Below, in pieces: positions 7,735 to 15,751 of a stretch of DNA of 64,000 bases. The stretch's first letter is position 1. Each line of letters opens with the position of its first letter. The translations under genes were made by a program, and so were the position numbers. This DNA comes from a virus: positions 1 through 64,000 of the IMG/VR virus record IMGVR_UViG_3300028831_000395, one strand, 5' to 3'. A model generated the notes under the pieces. The model was not told the DNA's origin, ran no database searches, and saw only the letters and a list, made by a program, of their open reading frames with translations.

Positions 7735-8108
7735 CCTTGCCCGCCGATCGTGCTGCGTAGCGACTGCGCGGCGAACTCGCGGAGCGTGAGACCGCCGCGC
7801 CTGGCGATCTCTGCCTCGCCGTCCGGGTAGCCGTCGGCCTCGAGCATCTCGGCCGTGCCGGGAACGGTCAGCACGTCGCCGACGAGCTCGTCGGGCTCGG
7901 CCGTCTCCATCGTGCACATCGTGCAGATCGGATAGAGCGCGATGCCGTGCTGTCGCGCGAACGCTGTGCTCCGCGGGTTGACGAGGATCGTCGCGCGGCA
8001 GATCGTGCAGCGCGTCTCGCGCGTGCCGGGATCGGCAGCCTTGCGGGTACGGCGCGTCGCGTGAACGCAGACCAGGAGATACGCGCTATGCGTCGGCTCC
8101 GTCGTCAT
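7731..8108 (-). CDS. Zinc-ribbon protein (125 aa)
   Basis: CTIC...CTMC four-Cys arrangement. ATGA-coupled. Confidence 0.55.
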   Translation of the reverse strand: MTTEPTHSAYLLVCVHATRRTRKAADPGTRETRCTICRATILVNPRSTAFARQHGIALYPICTMCTMETAEPDELVGDVLTVPGTAEMLEADGYPDGEAEIARRGGLTLREFAAQSLRSTIGGQG

Positions 8109-8392
8109 GCGGCAGCCTCGACGGGGTGCGTGCCAGCGCGGCGAGTGCGCGGCTGCAGGGTCTCGACGTCCGCTTCAGGGTCGAGGAAGTGCCACATCGC
8201 GAGCGCGGCGTCCCGCGGGCTGCCGGTGACGCCCTGCACGCGCTCAGGGCCACGCCAGGCGACCCAGAACCACTCCGGCTCCCAGCCGGGCGGCACACCG
8301 TCGGCGGCGGGCCAGTTGACGATGTCGATCCAGCCGCCGTAGTGCGTCGTGCCCCATGCGGCGCAGTAGTCGCGACGGCGACGCAGGCTCAC
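8105..8392 (-). CDS. Trp-rich hypothetical protein, paralogue A (95 aa)
   Basis: GTG 8392 in a GTGA overlap. RRRRDYCAAWGTTHYGGWIDIVNWPA..WEPEWFWVAWRGPERVQGVTGSPRDAALAMWH. Paralogue of 17981-18238. Confidence 0.6.
   Translation of the reverse strand: MSLRRRRDYCAAWGTTHYGGWIDIVNWPAADGVPPGWEPEWFWVAWRGPERVQGVTGSPRDAALAMWHFLDPEADVETLQPRTRRAGTHPVEAAA
8189..8284. repeat. 96-bp perfect direct repeat, copy A
   Basis: Base-for-base identical to 18044-18139 (checked by eye). Flanking paralogue sequence is clearly diverged. Confidence 0.9.
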
Positions 8393-9204
8393 GCGGCGAC
8401 CTCGGCGAATGGCACGAGCGGCCAGTCGGTGCGGACGCGGTCGGCGTCCTCGGGCTTGCCCTCCTTGCGGAAGTGCAGTGCGAGACCGACGGCCTGGAAG
8501 CGATACCAGTCGATCTGCGCGGTGTGCAGCGCCCGCGCGTCGTCGCGGATGCGCTCCCATTCGGCCTGAAGCGGGTTCTGCTCCCAATGGTCGCGGCGGA
8601 TCGCGCGGCCGTTGCGGGCGATGCGGAACGCGAGGCGCGCCGCGGCGATCGCGTCGAAGTCGGCGTCGTGCGCGCCGGAGAACTCGACGCGGTAGTGCTT
8701 GCACATCGGCTCGAGCTGACGCTTGCCCTTGCGGTAGCGGTGCAGGTGCTTGTCGATGACGAGCGGGTCGATGATCAGCAGCTCGCCGCGGTTCTGCAGC
8801 GGCTCGACGCCGAGGCGCCGGCACTCGCGGTCGAGGACGGTCAGGTCGTAGGGCGCGTTGAAGATCACGATCGGTGCGCCGGCGGGGCGCTGCGCGAGCG
8901 TGTCGACGATGCGCGGCACGACGTCGCCGGGCATCTCGCCTGCCTCGCGGACCTGCTCGCTCGTGATGCCGTGCACGGCCGTCGCGCCGGCGGGGATCTC
9001 GACGCCCGGGTCGACGAGCCATGACCTCGACGTCGTGGGGCGCTGCCCGCCGACCTCGACGGCGGCCGCGGCCACTATCCGCGCCTCCTCGGGGTCCGCG
9101 CTCGTCGTCTCGAGGTCGAAGGCGGCGAAGCGCCGACGGTGCCACGGCGTGCCGGTGAACGGCTGCGGCTCGGGCTGCACGAGGTCGCGGATGCTCGCGC
9201 TCAT
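8389..9204 (-). CDS. DnaQ-like 3'-5' exonuclease (DEDDh family)
   Basis: Exo I AFDLETTS, Exo II IVIFNAPYDLTVL, Exo III HDADFDAIAAARL. Confidence 0.85.
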   Translation of the reverse strand: MSASIRDLVQPEPQPFTGTPWHRRRFAAFDLETTSADPEEARIVAAAAVEVGGQRPTTSRSWLVDPGVEIPAGATAVHGITSEQVREAGEMPGDVVPRIVDTLAQRPAGAPIVIFNAPYDLTVLDRECRRLGVEPLQNRGELLIIDPLVIDKHLHRYRKGKRQLEPMCKHYRVEFSGAHDADFDAIAAARLAFRIARNGRAIRRDHWEQNPLQAEWERIRDDARALHTAQIDWYRFQAVGLALHFRKEGKPEDADRVRTDWPLVPFAEVAA

Positions 9205-9383
9205 CGCTGTGCGCTGAGGTTCGGATCACGCCCGCAGCTAGGGCACCGCTCGACCACCAGGCTGGTGTCAGGATCTGCGTACTCGACACGGTAACGGCCG
9301 TCGTACTCGTCGAGGATGAACCCGCAGATGCAGTAGGCCTCGCTCATGAAGTCGCCGGCCGATGGGGTGGTGGGCGTGCTCAC
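9201..9383 (-). CDS. Small Cys-containing protein (60 aa)
   Basis: GTG 9383 (GTGA overlap). CICGF...CPSCG. Confidence 0.5.
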   Translation of the reverse strand: MSTPTTPSAGDFMSEAYCICGFILDEYDGRYRVEYADPDTSLVVERCPSCGRDPNLSAQR

Positions 9384-9604
9384 GGTTCCCTCCAGGGCTC
9401 AAGCTCGCCGGGCAACGGCTCGTCGAACAGGAATCGCATTTCAAGGCGGCGCGCCGCCGGGAACTCCATGCCCGACCTCGGCGGCATGTCGGTCGGTGGC
9501 CAGGGCGCGTCGCAGCCGGGGTAGCGGCATCGCGTCGGATCCTCGTGGGCGCGCGGCGCCTCATGGCCGAGAAGCGCGCAGAGAAGCCCCCGCCGGCCGC
9601 TCAT
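9380..9604 (-). CDS. Hypothetical protein (74 aa)
   Basis: ATG 9604 in an ATGA overlap with the ASCH gene stop. Confidence 0.4.
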   Translation of the reverse strand: MSGRRGLLCALLGHEAPRAHEDPTRCRYPGCDAPWPPTDMPPRSGMEFPAARRLEMRFLFDEPLPGELEPWREP

Positions 9605-9963
9605 AGCGCGTGCGCCTCCGCGTGGAAGACGATCCGCCAGACGGTCTCGTTTGGGTCCCATGATCCGTTGATCGCGGACCAAAGATCCATGAACTCTCGG
9701 ACGTTCGCGCAGCCCTCCGCGACGGCGCCGTCGTGCGTGATCGAGCCGAGGCGGACCTTCTCGACGTGCTCGACGACGAGCCGGCCTGCGGCGGGTCTGC
9801 TGCGGCCGGGCTGGATGGCGTAGCTGCCGTCCGGTCCGCCGCCAGGCTCGTAGGCGCACCGGTCGGTGTGCCACGGTGACCGCGGGTTATCCGACAGTCG
9901 GCGGCGCGTCTCGGTCTTGACGCCCGCGCGGATCAGGTCGGCGAGGTCGGGGCGGAAGATCAT
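9601..9963 (-). CDS. ASCH domain protein
   Basis: MIFRPDLADLIRAGVKTETRR is the typical ASCH N-terminus. Size (120 aa) fits. Confidence 0.7.
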   Translation of the reverse strand: MIFRPDLADLIRAGVKTETRRRLSDNPRSPWHTDRCAYEPGGGPDGSYAIQPGRSRPAAGRLVVEHVEKVRLGSITHDGAVAEGCANVREFMDLWSAINGSWDPNETVWRIVFHAEAHAL

Positions 9964-9964
9964 G

Positions 9965-10300
9965 TCAGCACGGCATCCCGTGCTCGGAGGTGATCGCGGC
10001 GAGGCCCTGCTCGACGGTGACGATCGTCGGTGTGTCGAGGTCCATCACGGACAGGCCGAACGCGAGGCACTGCAGCGCGTTGCACGCCGCGAGGAACGCG
10101 CTGAGCGATACGGCCTCGAGCGATACGACGGGGTCGGCGTCGACCTGCACGCGGGGGGTGAGCGCGTCGGGGTTGGCGGCGGGATCCTGCAGGCCGACGG
10201 CGGCGCGAAGGATGATGGCGCACTCGTGCATCGCGTGCTCGAGGCGCTCGGAGTCGGTGCGCTCCTCGTCGAAGAGGTCGCCTGTGGACGTGTCGGTCAT
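9965..10300 (-). CDS. Hypothetical acidic protein (111 aa)
   Basis: Start MTDTSTGDLFDEE (10300), ATGA-coupled. Confidence 0.5.
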   Translation of the reverse strand: MTDTSTGDLFDEERTDSERLEHAMHECAIILRAAVGLQDPAANPDALTPRVQVDADPVVSLEAVSLSAFLAACNALQCLAFGLSVMDLDTPTIVTVEQGLAAITSEHGMPC

Positions 10301-10509
10301 CGGTCGCCACAGGTCGCGCAGCACGGGGGCGCGGCGAGGTTGCTCGCCATGCGGTCGAGCGCGAGAGCGATCGGTGCTGCCGGCGCGAAGTCGGCGAGCC
10401 GGTCCTCGCGCGTCCAGCGCGCGTCTTCGTCGGCGTCGTGGTCGTCGCGGGCCTCGGCGTCGTAGCCGTCAACGGACTCGCAGAACGGCCAGCCGTGTCC
10501 GTAGCTCAT
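10297..10509 (-). CDS. Hypothetical acidic protein (70 aa)
   Basis: First gene after promoter motif copy 3. AGGAGC lies before ATG 10509. Confidence 0.5.
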   Translation of the reverse strand: MSYGHGWPFCESVDGYDAEARDDHDADEDARWTREDRLADFAPAAPIALALDRMASNLAAPPCCATCGDR

Positions 10510-10530
10510 GGGGTGTGTGCTCCTTCGGGC

Positions 10531-10560
10531 GGGGTTGCCTTGCGCCTCAGAGTGTAGCGC
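10531..10560 (-). promoter_or_regulatory. Conserved phage promoter/leader motif, copy 3
   Basis: Minus strand reads GCGCTACACTCTGAGGCGCAAGGCAACCCC. Confidence 0.6.
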
Positions 10561-10595
10561 GGTGCGGGTGGTTGCGGGGGAAGATTTCTGAGCGC

Positions 10596-10639
10596 GCGTC
10601 GGCGGCGTCCCAACCCCGCAGCGAGGACGCCGCCGACGC
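10596..10639 (-). terminator. Hairpin terminator (15-bp perfect stem)
   Basis: GCGTCGGCGGCGTCC-14 nt-GGACGCCGCCGACGC, 5 nt after the stop of the 10644-11264 gene. Confidence 0.7.
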
Positions 10640-10643
10640 CCGC

Positions 10644-11264
10644 TCAGGTCGAGTGCTGTACGGCGTTCGGGTCGCCGGTCGGGTCGGTCTCGTAGAGCAC
10701 GGCGGTTCCGCCCGGCAGGTCGGCGCGCCAGAAGCCGTTCTGCAGCGGCTCGACGCGACGGGCGGTCGTCGCGCGTCCGCGGTAGTAGACGGTCACGTTG
10801 CCGACCGTCGCGGCGAGCCGCGAGGCGTCGGCGATCTCCAGCGCGGTGGCCTCGCGGGTGACGGGCAGCACCTCGACGCGCCCGTCGCGGTAGATCACGA
10901 CGAGCGCGATCTGCTCGTCGTCGTAGTCGTAGATCGCGATGTCGCACGCGCCGTGATGCCCGCGCGGCGTCGTCATCACGGCGCCGATGGCGCGATGGCC
11001 GTGCACGATCCGCTCGATGTCCTCGCGGATGCGATCCAGCGGCAGGTCGGTCGGCTCGCGGTCGGCGTACGCCGCGACGCTGCCGACGATGGACACCGAC
11101 CAGATGCCGTTACGCACGTCGAAGTGGGGGTGCGAGATGAGGGTGTGCTGCAGCTCGCGGGGGTCGTGGCCGAGCGCGCGGGCGATCGCGATCGCCGTCG
11201 CGGTGCCGCCGCGCTTCTCGATGTACGCCTTCGCGTCGGTGACGAGGTCGGCGGTGATGGTCAT
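10644..11264 (-). CDS. Monocistronic hypothetical protein with a possible N-terminal winged helix (206 aa)
   Basis: Has its own promoter motif (copy 4) and its own terminator. N-terminus is AKAYIEKRGGTATAIAIARALGHDPRELQHTL. Divergent from the plus-strand island. Confidence 0.6.
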   Translation of the reverse strand: MTITADLVTDAKAYIEKRGGTATAIAIARALGHDPRELQHTLISHPHFDVRNGIWSVSIVGSVAAYADREPTDLPLDRIREDIERIVHGHRAIGAVMTTPRGHHGACDIAIYDYDDEQIALVVIYRDGRVEVLPVTREATALEIADASRLAATVGNVTVYYRGRATTARRVEPLQNGFWRADLPGGTAVLYETDPTGDPNAVQHST

Positions 11265-11286
11265 GGGTTGGTCCTCTCGTGCTCGC

Positions 11287-11311
11287 GGGGTTGCACTACA
11301 GAGTGTAGCGC
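11287..11311 (-). promoter_or_regulatory. Conserved phage promoter/leader motif, copy 4 (palindromic variant)
   Basis: Minus strand reads GCGCTACACTCTGTAGTGCAACCCC and contains CTACA-CTC-TGTAG. Confidence 0.6.
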
Positions 11312-11396
11312 ACTTGGCGGGGTTCGTGGGATCGGATCTCTCTGCCGGCGAGGCACGCCCAGAGCCTGAATTCCCGCTTGATCCCCACCCCGACCT

Positions 11397-11426
11397 GCGC
11401 TACACTCTGTAGCACAGAGCAACCCC
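11397..11426 (+). promoter_or_regulatory. Conserved phage promoter/leader motif, copy 5 (plus strand, palindromic variant)
   Basis: GCGCTACACTCTGTAGCACAGAGCAACCCC. TTGATC lies 17 nt upstream of TACACT. GGAGG then ATG 11443. Confidence 0.65.
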
Positions 11427-11442
11427 GCAGACGGAGGACAGC

Positions 11443-11769
11443 ATGGCCCGCATCCAGACCCGCACCAACGAGCGTCACGAGAACATCGCCAAGGCCGCCA
11501 ACCAGGCCGCCGAGGCGGCGCTCTGCCACTACGCGCACTTCAACGGCGTCCACTTCACCGACGAGGACTTCGACGCGCAGCAGGCGACGATGCGCAACGC
11601 GATCATGGAGCAGCTGCACCGCATCGAGCACGCGAAGGTGCTCGCCACGCACGCCGCGCTCAACGAGGCGCTGCAGCGCGCCGTCGCCGTCGAGGAGCTC
11701 AGCGACGAGCTCGCCGCGGTCGCCCCGCGCGAGCCGCGCATGATCCCCGCCGTCACCACGCGCTGGTAG
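11443..11769 (+). CDS. Hypothetical helical protein (108 aa)
   Basis: GGAGGA lies 6 nt before the ATG. First gene of the plus-strand island. Confidence 0.6.
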   Translation: MARIQTRTNERHENIAKAANQAAEAALCHYAHFNGVHFTDEDFDAQQATMRNAIMEQLHRIEHAKVLATHAALNEALQRAVAVEELSDELAAVAPREPRMIPAVTTRW

Positions 11770-11776
11770 CCCCCCG

Positions 11777-12145
11777 ATGCTCCGCCATCGCCCGCGCATC
11801 GCCGCCGCCAGCGACGCCGTCGACACCGTCCTGCTCGACATCGTTCTGCCCGCGCTGGACCGCCTCGTCGAGCGCGTCGAGCGTCGCGCTATGCCGCCGC
11901 TCGCCCGATACCTGCGTCGCCGCGCGGAGTACGCCGCCGACGTCGAGACCGTCAGCGTGGACTTCCGTCGCCTCGACCACGTGCTCACGCACGCCGAGGC
12001 CGACACCGTCAGCGGCGCGCTCGCGCTGTACGCCGCGCAGCTGCGGTTCGCGGCCGACGCGCTCGAGGTGCTGCCCGTCCCGTCGACCGATCGGCCGGAG
12101 CGCGCCGACTACGCCCGCATCGTCGCGATCAAGGCCCTCCCATGA
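11777..12145 (+). CDS. Hypothetical protein (122 aa)
   Basis: Protein-like helical sequence, same operon. Confidence 0.5.
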   Translation: MLRHRPRIAAASDAVDTVLLDIVLPALDRLVERVERRAMPPLARYLRRRAEYAADVETVSVDFRRLDHVLTHAEADTVSGALALYAAQLRFAADALEVLPVPSTDRPERADYARIVAIKALP

Positions 12146-12387
12146 CCCGTCGCGTTCTCCGCCAGATCCGTGCGGGCCTCGGGCGGGCCGTCAGCGCGAA
12201 CGAGCACCTCGCCGGGGCGTCCGCGTCGACATCGACGCAGGCGCGCCTCGACGCGCTCTGTCGCCGCGACCCCAAGATCGTCCGCGAGACGGTCGAGGAG
12301 CTCGCTCGGATGCGCGCCGGCTGGCAGCACACCAGCTACGACACCGCCCTAGGCCAGCTCCTCGACGCGATGGAGAAGAACCGATGA
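12142..12387 (+). CDS. Hypothetical protein (81 aa)
   Basis: ATGA-coupled. Confidence 0.5.
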   Translation: MTRRVLRQIRAGLGRAVSANEHLAGASASTSTQARLDALCRRDPKIVRETVEELARMRAGWQHTSYDTALGQLLDAMEKNR

Positions 12388-12845
12388 CCGTCACCGACCA
12401 CGCCGCCGGCCTCGCGACGGAGAAGACCCGGCAGCTGTTCGACGCGCTGCACGAGTCGTGCAGGGCGGCGCGTCTCGACCCTCCGTTCATCGACGAGTTC
12501 GCGGACTACGTCGTCGCGCTCGCGTGCGGTCGGGGCGAGGCCTGGCTGAAGGTCTTCATCGGCGAGCGCGAGGCGGAGGCGCAGCGGCGGTGCCTGGCGA
12601 TCTACGAGACGCTCGACCGCTTCGCGCGCCTGAACCGCGTCGACTACCAGGACGTCGCGTTTGCGGCGGAGGACGCTCGCTTCGCGTGCTCGTGCGATCC
12701 GCGCGTCCTGGTGCTCGTGACGAGCGCGGGCGGCGCGATCGTCGCGGATCTCGCCGGCGGTCACGTCGAGGAGTTCTCGCCGCGCCCACGCGGCCACCGG
12801 ACGCCGCTGCGCTGGCTCGCCGACCTCTGGCTCGGCCGGGCATGA
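12384..12845 (+). CDS. Hypothetical protein (153 aa)
   Basis: ATGA-coupled. Balanced composition. Confidence 0.55.
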   Translation: MTVTDHAAGLATEKTRQLFDALHESCRAARLDPPFIDEFADYVVALACGRGEAWLKVFIGEREAEAQRRCLAIYETLDRFARLNRVDYQDVAFAAEDARFACSCDPRVLVLVTSAGGAIVADLAGGHVEEFSPRPRGHRTPLRWLADLWLGRA

Positions 12846-12943
12846 CCCTCACGCCGCTGCAGCTCCGCGCCGCGGTGCTCGCCCGCCTCGACGCGCTCGA
12901 GGACGCCGGCATAACGGACCGGGCGCCAGACAGCCCGGGGTAG
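12842..12943 (+). CDS. Possible small protein (33 aa)
   Basis: ATGA-coupled ATG at 12842: MTLTPLQLRAAVLARLDALEDAGITDRAPDSPG. Confidence 0.3.
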   Translation: MTLTPLQLRAAVLARLDALEDAGITDRAPDSPG

Positions 12944-12966
12944 CACCCCACAGTCCTCCCCCCAAA

Positions 12967-13010
12967 GCGAAGCCGTCGAGGTCCCCTCCCCCCGCCTCGG
13001 CGGCTTTCGC
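12967..13010. terminator. Imperfect hairpin between convergent genes
   Basis: GCGAAGCCGTCGAGG ... CCTCGGCGGCTTTCGC, lying between the stops at 12943 (+) and 13021 (-). Confidence 0.45.
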
Positions 13011-13020
13011 GACCCGCGGG

Positions 13021-13428
13021 TCAGCGCGCCGGGATCTTCGGCCCGGTGTACCCGCAGGACGGGCATGGCTGCTGCCCGCTGCGCGGCGACCCGTAGATCC
13101 GGCACGTCCGGCACGCCGCGCCCGGCGATCCGGGCGACGACAGCTCGGCCGGCGCCTCAACGGCGATCTCCGCGGCCGCAGGCGCTGAACCCTGAGGCGC
13201 CGGGCGAGGTGTGGGGCGAGCCGCTCGAGGCTTCGCGGGCGGCCTCGGCGAGACGCGCACCACCGCCGCCGGGGTCTGCGCCGGCCCCGTCACCGCGCCG
13301 CCGTACGTCGCGCGGACGGCCGCGCGAACGAGCCACGAGAGATCGCGGTCGTCGCGACCGGCCGCCGCCTGCAGCAGCTGCTCTTCAAGGTCGGTGAAGC
13401 GGATGGAGCGCTGAGCCACCCCGCGAGT
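13021..13428 (-). CDS. Ribbon-helix-helix (CopG/Arc-like) regulator with C-terminal zinc ribbon
   Basis: GTG start. N-terminus SIRFTDLEEQLLQAAAGRDDRDLSWLVRAAV, Pro-rich linker, then CRTC...CPSC. Divergent from the 13714 operon. Confidence 0.6.
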   Translation of the reverse strand, partial: TRGVAQRSIRFTDLEEQLLQAAAGRDDRDLSWLVRAAVRATYGGAVTGPAQTPAAVVRVSPRPPAKPRAARPTPRPAPQGSAPAAAEIAVEAPAELSSPGSPGAACRTCRIYGSPRSGQQPCPSCGYTGPKIPAR

Positions 13429-13592
13429 GTAACCCACCGGGTGACACCGCAACCCGCGGCGTGGCGGCGCCGCTGACCTGACGCTCTCCACCGAGAGAAC
13501 CGGAGCCGGGGCAGCCCGCATCCCGGTCCACGCCCCGTTCGCCTCGCTCGACGCCGCCCACCCCAACCCTAACTCACGCGCCGAGCGGCATC

Positions 13593-13654
13593 CCGCTACA
13601 CAGGCGGCTATGACGCCTCCGACGCTCACCGTAACCTCTGTAGCCCAATCAACC
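13593..13654 (+). promoter_or_regulatory. Two degenerate plus-strand copies of the promoter motif
   Basis: CCGCTACACAGGCGGC (13593-13608) and CCGTAACCTCTGTAGCCCAATCAACC (13629-13654), upstream of ATG 13714. Confidence 0.35.
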
Positions 13655-13713
13655 ACACGCGGCGCCGCGTAAACCAACCACGACGCCGCAGGGACACAGG
13701 AGGCATATCTCCC

Positions 13714-14109
13714 ATGCGACACACACACTCTCACAACCCCCCACCCCCCAACCTCAACGCCGACGAACACCCCGCCCTCGCGCCGCCGGGTCGCACGAGC
13801 GGGCACCGCAGGCTAGGCTCAGGGCTTCGCCCGCCTAGCCGCCCGCCGCGGACCCTCGGGTTGATCGGGGCTTTGGCGGGCGTGGTGGTTCTGGTGGGCG
13901 TGCTGCTTGTGGTGGGGGGTGTGGTGTCGGTGCCGGGTTGGTATTCGCCGCCGGTGGAGTACAGCGATGTGGTGCGGTCGCATCCGTGGGTGGCGTCGGG
14001 GCTGGTGTTCGGTGCGGCGCTGTCGGTGTTCGTGCTGTTCGTGTCGGCGGTCGTTTCGTTGCCTGAGCCGCGTGGGCGTGGGCGGCGTGAGGGGGGTGGG
14101 TCGGCGTGA
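13714..14109 (+). CDS. Membrane protein, 2 TM (131 aa)
   Basis: AGGAGG lies 10 nt before the ATG. TMs are LIGALAGVVVLVGVLLVVGGVV and ASGLVFGAALSVFVLFVSAVV. Confidence 0.6.
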   Translation: MRHTHSHNPPPPNLNADEHPALAPPGRTSGHRRLGSGLRPPSRPPRTLGLIGALAGVVVLVGVLLVVGGVVSVPGWYSPPVEYSDVVRSHPWVASGLVFGAALSVFVLFVSAVVSLPEPRGRGRREGGGSA

Positions 14110-14468
14110 TGCGGCTTATCCGGTTGGCTCGGCTGATCGTGTCGCTGCTGATGGTCCTCGTCGGCCTGGTTGGCGGCGGGCGCTCTGCGGCGCCTTCGGC
14201 TCCGGCGTACCCGACGCCGCCGGCGGCCGTTCCGAGCTCGCCGGCCGCGCCGGCGCGGGTTGTGCCGCACGGTCCGACGCCGCACTGCACGACGTCGGGC
14301 GGACCGAGGGCCTCCGACGGTGCGAATCGGTGGGTCGGGGTGTGCTTGGTCTACGGGCAGAGCACGCCGCTTCCCGGCGACTACGCGACGCAGCGCGAGG
14401 CGCGGGCGACGGTGTTCGCGTTCCAGCAGGCGTGGCGCGACGCCGTCGCGAGCGGAGCGCCGCTGTGA
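14106..14468 (+). CDS. Secreted / signal-anchored protein (about 120 aa)
   Basis: N-terminal MMRLIRLARLIVSLLMVLVGLVGG then a Pro-rich linker. Coupled start GTGATG. Confidence 0.55.
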   Translation: MMRLIRLARLIVSLLMVLVGLVGGGRSAAPSAPAYPTPPAAVPSSPAAPARVVPHGPTPHCTTSGGPRASDGANRWVGVCLVYGQSTPLPGDYATQREARATVFAFQQAWRDAVASGAPL

Positions 14469-14740
14469 GCCGGCTGGGCACGGCGATCGTCGTCCTGGCG
14501 GTCGCGTGCGTGGTCCTGGCGGTCGTCGGCGTCGCGACCGACGGGGCGTCGATCGGGACGCTCCTGGTCATCGCCACCGTGGGACTCGCGATCGTCGGCC
14601 TCACCTCCGGTGCCCGACGCGGCGGCGAGTGCGGGCACGTGCCGCCTCCGTCGTTCGGTAGCGACCGGCACGACTGGCGGTGCACTCGCGAGCGTCGCCA
14701 CTACGGCACCCACCGCTATCACCGCCGGGGTGAGGCGTGA
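14465..14740 (+). CDS. Membrane protein, 2 TM (91 aa)
   Basis: GTG in a GTGA overlap. TMs are TAIVVLAVACVVLAVVGVA and TLLVIATVGLAIVGL. Confidence 0.5.
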   Translation: MSRLGTAIVVLAVACVVLAVVGVATDGASIGTLLVIATVGLAIVGLTSGARRGGECGHVPPPSFGSDRHDWRCTRERRHYGTHRYHRRGEA

Positions 14741-15222
14741 GCCTCCGAAGGCGCATCGTGACGCTGCTGTTTGCCGCCTGGTGCGTGTGGGGGTACCTGA
14801 CGCTCGTGCCGGCCGTGCCGCGCGCGGACTGCGACAAGCAGTCCTCGCCGGTCGCGATCAAGGTCAGCGTGTCGCGGTACCCCGAGAACTGGCGGCACAT
14901 CGTGGACGCCCGCCACGGCCGCAACACCGTCGGCGGCACGAAGGTGATCGACGACGGCCTGCGGTGGCCGGTCGTGCTGGTCAAGAACGACCAGGGCGAG
15001 GACCAGCGTCGGCAGGCCGCGTTCCGGCTGGCCGGTCTCGCCGGGAAGACGAAGGCCGGCAAGGCACGCGACGAGTACCCCCCCGCTGAGGGTCGATCAA
15101 CGAACGCCGCGGACATCCGGTTCGTGAACGCGCGGCAGAACAGCGCACAGGGCGCGAGCATGGGTGGCCAGCTCCGCAGGTGGTGTAACGGCCAGACGTA
15201 CAAGCTGGTGGCCGCACCGTGA
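14737..15222 (+). CDS. Exported NucA/NucB-type deoxyribonuclease-like protein
   Basis: Signal/anchor IVTLLFAAWCVWGYLTLVPAV. Family-like string RYPENWRHIVDA...RRQAAF...ARDEYPPAEG...IRFVNARQNSAQGASMGGQL. Confidence 0.65.
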   Translation: MSLRRRIVTLLFAAWCVWGYLTLVPAVPRADCDKQSSPVAIKVSVSRYPENWRHIVDARHGRNTVGGTKVIDDGLRWPVVLVKNDQGEDQRRQAAFRLAGLAGKTKAGKARDEYPPAEGRSTNAADIRFVNARQNSAQGASMGGQLRRWCNGQTYKLVAAP

Positions 15223-15749
15223 AGTGGTTTGGTGGCCGGGCCCGTCCCGAGGAGGGTCCGGCCGCCCCGCATCACGTGCATCTCACGAAGCCGCCGTGGG
15301 CGACGTCGTCGCGCATGTCGGGCGGGGTCCTGAAGGGCTCAACGCCGCAGGAGCGCGCGCAGAAGGGAATCGATCAGCGCGACCGCGAGCGCGTGCAGGC
15401 GCTCAGGAAGCGCGCGAGCACCGCGGGGTACGCGGCGTATTGGGCGGCTCGCAACGCCGCCCGGGCGCTCGACACCGCCAACCGCGCGCAGCTGCGCGCC
15501 GACACCGCAGGGGCGTCGGAGGAGCAGCAGATCAAGCTCGAGGCCGCCGTCGATTCGACGCGTCGAGCGCACGGCCGCTGCGACGACGCGTCGAGGCGCG
15601 CGCGGTCCGCGGCGAAGCGCGCGACGGCGCTCACCGGCGGGCGCCTGCTCGGCGCGGTACACGAGGCCGAGGCGCACAAGGAGGTCGCCGCCCGGGCGCT
15701 GCACGAGACGAAGGCCGCCGCGGCGGCCGCGGTCAAGCACGCGAGGTAG
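15219..15749 (+). CDS. Hypothetical all-helical protein (176 aa)
   Basis: GTGA-coupled. Ala/Arg/Glu-rich predicted long helices. Confidence 0.45.
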   Translation: MKWFGGRARPEEGPAAPHHVHLTKPPWATSSRMSGGVLKGSTPQERAQKGIDQRDRERVQALRKRASTAGYAAYWAARNAARALDTANRAQLRADTAGASEEQQIKLEAAVDSTRRAHGRCDDASRRARSAAKRATALTGGRLLGAVHEAEAHKEVAARALHETKAAAAAAVKHAR

Positions 15750-15751
15750 CC

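Noticed and set aside
13429-13470. GAGTGTAA...GCAACCC next to the RHH gene start, considered as another full copy of the promoter motif.
   Set aside because: The relative order and orientation of the two half-motifs differ from all the other copies. At best, TTACACT could be a -10 for a leaderless RHH transcript. I did not count it.
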